A DNA stretch of 64,000 nucleotides, taken from positions 286,623 through 350,622 of the forward strand of contig CAJMPR010000004.1 of NCBI GenBank assembly GCA_905215345.1, given 5' to 3'. The notes under the pieces were generated by a model, which was given only the letters and a program-made list of their open reading frames with translations, was not told where the DNA came from and made no database searches. The number at the start of each line of letters is the position of its first letter. Position 1 is the stretch's first letter. The DNA comes from an uncultured bacterium (lineage in GTDB: Bacteria > Bacteroidota > Bacteroidia > Bacteroidales > Bacteroidaceae). Shown piece after piece: positions 20,839 through 29,196 of the stretch. The translations under genes were made by a program, and so were the position numbers.

Positions 20839-22935
20839 ATGAAACTAAGATATTTGTCAGGCATTCTTCTGCTAATGGTCGGTTTTTTTGCCACATCTTG
20901 TGAAGAAGAGGTAGACTATACCATCCGTACCGGTGAGATTATATCAGAGGTTACAACCGGAGATGCCGATGTTACCGCTATTTCGGCAAAGGTAAGCGGC
21001 ACCGTGAAAGATTTAACGAAAGTAGCTGCTGCATCTTATGAGGTGGGTGTGTATTATGGAACTGAAGAGAACCCGGTGAATACCGGTAGCAAGAAAACAG
21101 GTGCTGTGGATGAAAACGGCAATGTTGCTACCTTGCTCGACGGACTTACTACAGGAGAAACCTATTATTATGTGACGTATGTTACGCTCCAGAAAAAAGT
21201 GTCAAAGTATGGTGAAGTAAAATCGTTTGTGGCTACTCAAGCACGTATTACGAATGAGGATGCGACAGATGTTGCGGCTACTAAAGCTACTCTTACCGGT
21301 AACATGAGTGGTATAGAAGGATTGGAAACTCCTGAAGCCGGTGTCAAACTGGCAATGTCTGCCGATGCTGTCAAAGAAGGGAAGGCTTATGAATTGGGTA
21401 CTGTTAAAGGGTTGCTTCCCGGCACTACTTATCATTACGCCACATTTATAAAAGTGGGTAACGGCTATGTGTATGGTGATACAAAGTCGTTTACCACATT
21501 GAAGCAGCAAATGGAATATGTGGATATGGGCCTGAGCGTACTATGGGCTAAATGTAACATTGGTGCTGAAACTGAAAATGAGGCGGGTGCTCTTTTTGGT
21601 TACGGTGAAACCACCGCATTGCAGTTCTCTACTGCTGTGGGTGATTATCCGATGTCCGATATTGCCGCTACCGAAAATGATGTCGTCTTTAGTCTCGACA
21701 TTGATGTAGATACTCCGATGAAGAGTCAGATGCCTACTGCTGCCCACATGGCAGAATTGGTAAACAATACATCGCACGAGTGGACTACGGTAGATGGTGT
21801 GGAAGGTATGCGCTTTACGGCTGCCAATGGTAACAGTATTTTCTTACCTGCCCCAGGATATCGTAATGGTGAGGAAATGGTAGCTGATGCTAAAGGTTAT
21901 TATTGGAGTGGCAGCGTCAGTTCAACGAATGTGGATTATGGCAGTACGTTGAGCTTCCATAACGGAGCGGCGGCTACAGGTTTCTCCCGTCGCGCATTGG
22001 GGCTTTCAGTTCGGTCGGTCCGTGCCTATGCCAGACTGACTCCTGAATCCGGTAAACTTGTCTTTGGTGATATTGAGAGTAATGGTCGTATGCGCATCGA
22101 AATATATAACGAATATGGTGGAACTCAACCCAATCCACCCATTGATCCTACTACTATCAAGTTCTCCAAGAATATGGTTGTCACTTTCACTTTGACGGGA
22201 ATTACTGATAACTTAAAACCGAATGCAGCCAATACCTATATTGCCGGTTTGGAATATTCCGATCCGAGCTGGGGAGCGGCAAGCTATTGGTCAACACTTA
22301 CTGAAAAGGGTAAATATGAGGATATTGTTACAGGTGACGGAACCTATACCGTATGGATGGAAACGACAACTACTGCCAACGGTGCTGTTGTGTTCTGTGT
22401 GGACATTGCTAACCTTTGGAACGATATTCTTGATACTTCCAAGGTGGGTGTGGAAATAAATTCCATAAACTTGGATGCCGATGTGGAGAATGCGATTAAT
22501 GCAAATATCGTGAGCTTCCAGAACAAAGACGGTGGAGGTGTGGACGGACGAATTGAAATTTACAATGAGTATGGTGCGGGCGGTGCACAGGCGCAGGGAT
22601 ATTATAACACATCTTTAAAGTTTCATGGTATGATGCTGGTTGATTTCACTATTTCCGGCATTGACGGTAATCTGAAAGGAGATGCTTCCGGTAGCTATAA
22701 TGCAGAACTTAGTTATGCCGATGCTGACTGGAATCCGACTTATTGGGGCGGTGCCGGTTATGGCTATGCTACCGTTACGGGTGACGGTACGTACCAGGTA
22801 TGGACTCACCTGAACGGTGATTGTGAAGGTGCCGTCGTCTGGACTATCGAACTTCCTAACCTTTGGAAGGAACTTGTAGATCCTTCCAAGGTGAGTGTGA
22901 AGATCAACAAAGCGATTACCCCGGGTAAGAATTGA
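20839..22935 (+). CDS. Multidomain surface lipoprotein with duplicated C-terminal CBM-like modules
   Basis: Lipobox ATSC followed by EEEVD; FN3-like YG..KSF repeats; YVDMGLSVLWAKCNIGA...GYYWSGS...SVRSVR domain; two RIEIYNEYG/VTGDGTY repeats. Confidence 0.7.
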   Translation: MKLRYLSGILLLMVGFFATSCEEEVDYTIRTGEIISEVTTGDADVTAISAKVSGTVKDLTKVAAASYEVGVYYGTEENPVNTGSKKTGAVDENGNVATLLDGLTTGETYYYVTYVTLQKKVSKYGEVKSFVATQARITNEDATDVAATKATLTGNMSGIEGLETPEAGVKLAMSADAVKEGKAYELGTVKGLLPGTTYHYATFIKVGNGYVYGDTKSFTTLKQQMEYVDMGLSVLWAKCNIGAETENEAGALFGYGETTALQFSTAVGDYPMSDIAATENDVVFSLDIDVDTPMKSQMPTAAHMAELVNNTSHEWTTVDGVEGMRFTAANGNSIFLPAPGYRNGEEMVADAKGYYWSGSVSSTNVDYGSTLSFHNGAAATGFSRRALGLSVRSVRAYARLTPESGKLVFGDIESNGRMRIEIYNEYGGTQPNPPIDPTTIKFSKNMVVTFTLTGITDNLKPNAANTYIAGLEYSDPSWGAASYWSTLTEKGKYEDIVTGDGTYTVWMETTTTANGAVVFCVDIANLWNDILDTSKVGVEINSINLDADVENAINANIVSFQNKDGGGVDGRIEIYNEYGAGGAQAQGYYNTSLKFHGMMLVDFTISGIDGNLKGDASGSYNAELSYADADWNPTYWGGAGYGYATVTGDGTYQVWTHLNGDCEGAVVWTIELPNLWKELVDPSKVSVKINKAITPGKN

Positions 22936-22949
22936 TTATTTGACACGAG

Positions 22950-23015
22950 AAAAATCCTACGATAGGAACTTGAAAACATATTTTGCTTTCAGGTTCCTAT
23001 CGTAGGATTTTTTTT
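22950..23015 (+). terminator. Long-stem terminator ending the susC operon
   Basis: AAAAATCCTACGATAGGAAC...GTTCCTATCGTAGGATTTTTTTT. Confidence 0.85.
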
Positions 23016-23350
23016 GTGAAGGTTTGTCTTCTTTGTATGTATCGGAAAAAAACTTAGCGATTGTCACTTTAATTTCCTCGCTTGTTTTGTTTACTCCCTT
23101 AAATAATGCGATTAAATGGCCTGTTTGGAGCTGTTACCGGTGTATTTGTAGCAATGTTACATTTTATAGTATGTTTTGTTACATCCTGGAAGTTTTTGGG
23201 ATATTGGACAATTTTACCACTAAAAGTAATCAAAATTAAACATCGGTTACAAAATTGTTGCATACCTTTGTCCTATCAAACAATGAACCTTGGTAAGGTT
23301 GAGTTGTGCCGGAGAACATAAACTGAATATTAAACTTAACACAATCGACA

Positions 23351-23398
23351 ATGAGCACAATGCAATTACCTTATTCTTTTAAACCGCCTGGTCGGTAG
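23351..23398 (+). other. Candidate leader peptide MSTMQLPYSFKPPGR
   Basis: 15-codon ORF downstream of -7 promoter TACCTTTG (23263), with A-rich upstream sequence. Confidence 0.35.
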
Positions 23399-23503
23399 TT
23401 CAATTGGAATCCACATGTCCTTTTCCTTCTCGTGTAGGATTTCTCAAATAATTTTAGGAAAATAAAGATATAGCTTGTGACAAAATTTATTTGTCTCAGG
23501 AGT

Positions 23504-23595
23504 GAATTTCGCCTACCTTCGCGCTGAAGGTCGCCTACTATCAACCCGAAGGTTGCCTACCATCGGGGGGAAGGTTGCCTACTATCGGAACCGAA
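23504..23595. repeat. Array of 4 x 22 bp units (17 bp quasi-palindromic core + 5 bp variable spacer)
   Basis: GCCTAC at 23511, 23533, 23555 and 23577; core approximately GAAGGTYGCCTACYWTC. Confidence 0.9.
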
Positions 23596-23747
23596 CTTGA
23601 AAACTCGGGACCTTATAATGACTAATGTATTGATTTTCATGTATTTTCGAATTGCTGTTTAGCCACGGCTTTACTTGTAAAAATACTTGGAATTCATGCC
23701 GATATATATTAGATGTTTTTATTTATAAATTTCTAAAAAATGAAAGT

Positions 23748-24194
23748 ATGAAACAGATTGTTTTTTTTATGAAACAAGACCTGGTCAATTACTTGCACAC
23801 CAAGTACGGCCGCTGTCTTAAGGAAGGCGTTATCCGCCTTCCGATTAGTTCAACTCTTTTTTATGTTGTGGATGAATTGCTCGCTATGTCTCCCCGTCGG
23901 TCTTACGTGCGGCCAGAGGGAAACATAGCTTTCTCTATCCCATCATTGGGGGATGTTGATAACAAGAAGATTGTGAAATATCATGTGATAAGCAAGGAAA
24001 ACATTCACCTGCTGGAACGAAGAATTGAAATGGAAATGCGTGTGGAACTGTATGACCTGATGAAAGAAAATCGTCGTCGCAATATTACTTATATCAAGAC
24101 GCTGGAGGAGTTTATGCGTAAGTATAATCTTATGGATACTACGGAGGATTCTTTCCTAAAAGGTTTTCAGCGTTGGCGTAAGCGGTTGCGCTAA
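23748..24194 (+). CDS. Hypothetical protein resembling Bacteroides prophage proteins (possible DNA-binding regulator)
   Basis: Clean ORF with its own terminator; basic C-terminus FMRKYNL..TEDSFLKGFQRWRKRLR. Family resemblance is from recall and unverified. Confidence 0.55.
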   Translation: MKQIVFFMKQDLVNYLHTKYGRCLKEGVIRLPISSTLFYVVDELLAMSPRRSYVRPEGNIAFSIPSLGDVDNKKIVKYHVISKENIHLLERRIEMEMRVELYDLMKENRRRNITYIKTLEEFMRKYNLMDTTEDSFLKGFQRWRKRLR

Positions 24195-24203
24195 ATCTTG
24201 ATT

Positions 24204-24248
24204 AATAACCGGATTTCCTCGTCGGCTGGGGAATCCGGTTATTTTTTT
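24204..24248 (+). terminator. Intrinsic terminator
   Basis: AATAACCGGATT...AATCCGGTTATTTTTTT. Confidence 0.8.
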
Positions 24249-24455
24249 CCGTATTCTTTCTTTTTTCCTGGACTTATCCCCCCGATTTGTCCTTTTTTTA
24301 GCTTCTTATTCTTCTCTTATCCTTTCTATATATAGTTGTAGCGGCATTAAAAAGTGTCCTGTGCCCGTCCGAAAAGTTTCTTCACCTTTGCAATGTCAAC
24401 GTTGATAAAGTGTTTTTTAAAACTATTGTTTCATTAAAAAAGAAAGGAGCTTATT

Positions 24456-24953
24456 ATGGCAATCCGATTTAGAAAAGTAGAAAGAAACTTGATTCCTAAT
24501 GATGAAAGTTCGGAAAAACGGGTATTCCCTGTTGTGACTTACAAGTATGACAAAGCTGTCGATTTGAAGGAATTCTCAAAAGAAATCGCTGGGCAATCCA
24601 TTTTGGGTGAAGGCGAAGTGTACAATGCGTTGAAGTACTTCCGCACGTTGTTGCAGAAGACTCTGCTGAGTGGCAAACTGGTAAATATTGATGGCTTGGG
24701 CTGTTTTTACCTTTCCCTGCAGGGCAAGGGGGCGAAGACGGCTGAGGAGTTCACCACCGGTGACATCTCGGGGTTGCGCATCTGTTTTCGCGCCAGCAAT
24801 GACATCCGTATCCATAACGGGGCTACTACCCGTACGGATGGGTTGTCGTTCCTCGATGTGGATAAAGTGAACGGAGAAGAGTCGGGTAACGGTTCCGGTG
24901 GCGGTTCGGGTTCCGGCAGCGGAGAAGGCCAAGAGGAAAATCCTTTGGGATAA
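24456..24953 (+). CDS. HU-related (HU-HIG type) DNA-binding protein
   Basis: LLSGKLVNIDGLGCFYLSL HU-like core and Gly/Ser-rich tail ending ENPLG, typical of Bacteroidetes HU-related proteins. Confidence 0.85.
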   Translation: MAIRFRKVERNLIPNDESSEKRVFPVVTYKYDKAVDLKEFSKEIAGQSILGEGEVYNALKYFRTLLQKTLLSGKLVNIDGLGCFYLSLQGKGAKTAEEFTTGDISGLRICFRASNDIRIHNGATTRTDGLSFLDVDKVNGEESGNGSGGGSGSGSGEGQEENPLG

Positions 24954-24967
24954 CCCTCTCTTTGCAG

Positions 24968-25009
24968 GAAAAGTGCGGGAGGAGGTATTTCTCTCTTCCG
25001 CACTTTTTC
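24968..25009 (+). terminator. Terminator-like hairpin after the HU-like gene
   Basis: GAAAAGTGCGG...CCGCACTTTTTC. Confidence 0.7.
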
Positions 25010-25026
25010 AAATATATCAGTAACTC

Positions 25027-25202
25027 AAGTTTCTCAAGTGCTCAACTTGTTAGTTAACAAGGGAAAAAGTTGACAAGACACAAGGAAGATACTCTTGCCA
25101 ACTACAAGTAAACCTGTATAAACGGTATATTTACTGACTATCTTCCTTGTCAACTTGTATCTGAAACCTTGTTTACTCTTAAGTTGAGTACTTACGAAAC
25201 TT
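25027..25202. repeat. Long palindromic element (GTTGACAAG/CTTGTCAAC family)
   Basis: Outer inverted repeat 25027-25048 / 25181-25202 (19 of 22 match); inner perfect 12 bp inverted repeat ACAAGGAAGATA / TATCTTCCTTGT. Confidence 0.85.
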
Positions 25203-25231
25203 AAATCAGTAATGTATAAAAAGAACAGAAT

Positions 25232-25588
25232 ATGGAAACATCAGAATTTATAATTGCTTTTGCCACGACTTTTGGAGGGTTGGAGGCTGTGAAATGGTTG
25301 GTACAGGTGTGGCTGCATCGCAAGACGGATACCCGGAAGCGGGAGAATGAAGTGAGCGAACAGGAAAGGGAAGCGCATCGCAAACATATGGACTGGTTGG
25401 AAGACAAATTACAGAAATGCCACGAAACTGTGGAGCGGCTCTACAGTGAACTTTATGACGAACAACTGGACAAGGAAAGTTGGATAAAGCGTGTTCACGA
25501 ATTGGAACTGGCCTTGAAAGAGGCTGAGATAAGGAAGTGTAATAAACGGGGCTGTTCTGAAAGGACACCACCCACTGAAGATTTTTAA
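25232..25588 (+). CDS. Holin-like protein (N-terminal hydrophobic segment + coiled coil)
   Basis: FIIAFATTFGGLEAVKWLVQVWL followed by a charged coiled coil and C-terminal C...GC..R.PP; ends 4 bp before the amidase. Confidence 0.55.
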   Translation: METSEFIIAFATTFGGLEAVKWLVQVWLHRKTDTRKRENEVSEQEREAHRKHMDWLEDKLQKCHETVERLYSELYDEQLDKESWIKRVHELELALKEAEIRKCNKRGCSERTPPTEDF

Positions 25589-25592
25589 GATT

Positions 25593-26504
25593 ATGAGAAA
25601 GATTGATACCATTATCATTCACTGCTCCGCCACAAAGCGCGGGGCAGATTTCTCTGCCGCCGACATCGACCGTTGGCACAGGCAAAGGGGCTTCCGGGGG
25701 ATAGGCTATCATTACGTCATCCGTCCGGATGGAACTATTGAGGAAGGTCGCCCTGTGGAAGAAATCGGCGCTCATTGTAAAGGCTGGAACGAGCATAGTA
25801 TCGGCATATGCTATATTGGGGGACTTGACGGGCTGGGACATCCGGCTGACACACGTACCGATGCGCAGAAGCGGGCGATGAGGGAATTGGTGATACAGTT
25901 ACGGTCTGTCTATCCCATTAAAGGAGTTATCGGGCATCGGGATACTTCGCCGGACTGTAACGGAAACGGGGTGGTAGAACCGTGGGAATATATCAAGGCT
26001 TGTCCTTGTTTTGATGTCGGGGCATGGCTGCGGAACGGTATGGTGACATTACTTCTGCTTGTCTTCCTGGCAGGTTGCGGATGTCATCGTTCGCTGTCCG
26101 AGAATCAGGAAGAACGAAAGCTGGAAGCAGTCCATAGTCAAACGGATAATAGCAGTGTGCGGCAAAATACTTTGGAGGAAACCGGTGAAACTATGGAGGA
26201 GAGCGTAGAACAAACGGTGTGGCAATTTACTACGGATACTGTGACCGGTAGAAAGACCTTGTCTCAGGTATCTCGCACTCTGACCGGACGGGTTAAGAAG
26301 CGGGAGGTGTTGAAACAGGAAAAACAAGATTGTGTACAGAAACGTGCGGTGGCGGATAGTGTACGGATTATTGAACAAATGGAGCAATCCCGTACTCAGG
26401 ATACGGATGTAGGTATCACCTACGGTTGGAAGTGGATAGTGCTTATATTGATTATTATAGCTTTATTCTACTATGTGTCTTCTAAAAGAAAGTCTTCGTC
26501 TTAA
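25593..26504 (+). CDS. N-acetylmuramoyl-L-alanine amidase (Amidase_2, T7 lysozyme-like) fused to a lipoprotein with a C-terminal TM segment
   Basis: IIIHCSAT, GIGYHY, GAHC, IGICYIGG, GHRD, KACPCFDV; then MVTLLLLVFLAGC lipobox and C-terminal WKWIVLILIIIALFYYV-SSKRK. Confidence 0.85.
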   Translation: MRKIDTIIIHCSATKRGADFSAADIDRWHRQRGFRGIGYHYVIRPDGTIEEGRPVEEIGAHCKGWNEHSIGICYIGGLDGLGHPADTRTDAQKRAMRELVIQLRSVYPIKGVIGHRDTSPDCNGNGVVEPWEYIKACPCFDVGAWLRNGMVTLLLLVFLAGCGCHRSLSENQEERKLEAVHSQTDNSSVRQNTLEETGETMEESVEQTVWQFTTDTVTGRKTLSQVSRTLTGRVKKREVLKQEKQDCVQKRAVADSVRIIEQMEQSRTQDTDVGITYGWKWIVLILIIIALFYYVSSKRKSSS

Positions 26505-26568
26505 GGGAAAAAGTGAATGGGGATGTTGTTTTTTGTTGTTTACCGCGTTACTTCTCCAGATAATATTG

Positions 26569-26750
26569 TATATTTGCAATGCTCTTCTTATTGGTACGTC
26601 GGCAGGGAAACCTGCCTATTGTCGTGGCAGGCATTTTTATGCCTGCTTGCGTCATTCTACATGGGCGGTTTCGCACCCCCATGAAGAGTGTTAATGCACC
26701 TACTGCCGATGTACTGGTGAAGAGCAATGGGACAGGCGAAACCGCTTCTT
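26569..26750 (+). ncRNA. Candidate structured leader RNA upstream of an orphan gene
   Basis: -7 promoter TATATTTG at 26569; long-range pairing 26581-26605 with 26703-26725 including G-U pairs; hairpins 26601-26616 and 26627-26646; GCGGTTTCGC (26665) complementary to GCGAAACCGC (26736). Confidence 0.55.
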
Positions 26751-26823
26751 TTATTTCTATAAATCTACCCTTCCGCATCTCCCATTGAACCTTATTTATT
26801 CACTTAATTCAAATTAGATGCTT

Positions 26824-27276
26824 ATGGAAGCTATTTTGAACAATGAACAGATTCGCCCGGGGGACGAAACCATGTTTATGCACACTGCCTTTACTTCAGA
26901 CGAAGAAATGAAGAATTTCTATCTGATACTTGACCGGTTCGTAAATCCTACAACGTATTTCGTACAACAGTCTGAGGTAGAGCGGTTGGGAAATCTATTT
27001 AGAATGTTTGGGAAGTACCAATACTTTACTAACCTTTTCGCCAGTTATGGTTCGATGGGAGTCAGGCAACTTATTGAAGGGTACGGTTTATACATGATGA
27101 AACCTTCACTTTCTAACAAGGAACGTAGGCATGCCGCAGAGAATGTAGGCTATCAGATAAGGTTTTGGGTAGATGCGGTGAGAGAATGTGGCATTGCCAA
27201 GTCAATGGCTGATAGTTACCGGTTACATGTCGAAAACGTCAGGTATCTGTTGGAGAAAATGGGAAAGAAAGTATAG
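26824..27276 (+). CDS. Hypothetical protein
   Basis: ~150 aa ORF with AT-rich initiation region; no recognisable motif. Confidence 0.65.
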   Translation: MEAILNNEQIRPGDETMFMHTAFTSDEEMKNFYLILDRFVNPTTYFVQQSEVERLGNLFRMFGKYQYFTNLFASYGSMGVRQLIEGYGLYMMKPSLSNKERRHAAENVGYQIRFWVDAVRECGIAKSMADSYRLHVENVRYLLEKMGKKV

Positions 27277-27293
27277 TTACTGAAGTTCCCTTT

Positions 27294-27374
27294 TGACATT
27301 CTGAACGTAGTGAAGAATTTACTCCTTCTTAATATAAATGGGGGACGAGATTCTTCACTTCGTTCAGAATGACA
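27294..27374. repeat. REP-like inverted repeat between convergent genes
   Basis: TGACATTCTGAACGTAGTGAAGAAT / ATTCTTCACTTCGTTCAGAATGACA (23 of 25 complementary). Confidence 0.85.
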
Positions 27375-27389
27375 ATGTATAAGAATTAC

Positions 27390-28979
<1,590 letters not shown>

Positions 28980-29070
28980 TTATCAGATAACGGAAACGTT
29001 ACTTTTCTTACAAATATAATATGTTTCAGGTGCATAGGCAAGTGGTTTTGCGAAGGTGTCCTTTAATAAT

Positions 29071-29155
29071 AACCGTTTGACCCTTACCGGTAACAAATCA
29101 TACCCTTCCGGGCAACATATCGTAGACCGGATGTGTCGGTTTTCCGCTATCTTTG
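29071..29155 (+). promoter_or_regulatory. Putative HTCS operator and -7 promoter of the GH5 gene
   Basis: AACAAATCATACC-N9-AACATATCGT at 29092; TATCTTTG at 29148. Confidence 0.65.
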
Positions 29156-29196
29156 TCCTCACTGAAATTAACCGTTAAAACGTAATACTTAAAAAC

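Noticed and set aside
23130..23270. Invertible promoter
   Set aside because: The GTTAC words are direct repeats; no flanking inverted-repeat pair or adjacent recombinase was seen.
23504..23595. CRISPR array interpretation of the 22 bp repeats (also 41172 and 43670)
   Set aside because: Spacers are only 5 bp, repeats are 17 bp and degenerate, and there are no cas genes in the window.
24885..24925. GGTTCC/GGC low-complexity repeat
   Set aside because: Simply encodes the Gly/Ser linker typical of this HU-like family.
26473..26788. Small ORFs across the structured leader
   Set aside because: Three overlapping short frames with no convincing start context; base-pairing explains the region better, though a short ash/icd-like peptide cannot be excluded.
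23016..27389. Complete prophage or integrative element
   Set aside because: No integrase, replication, packaging or structural genes, and no clear terminal direct repeats.
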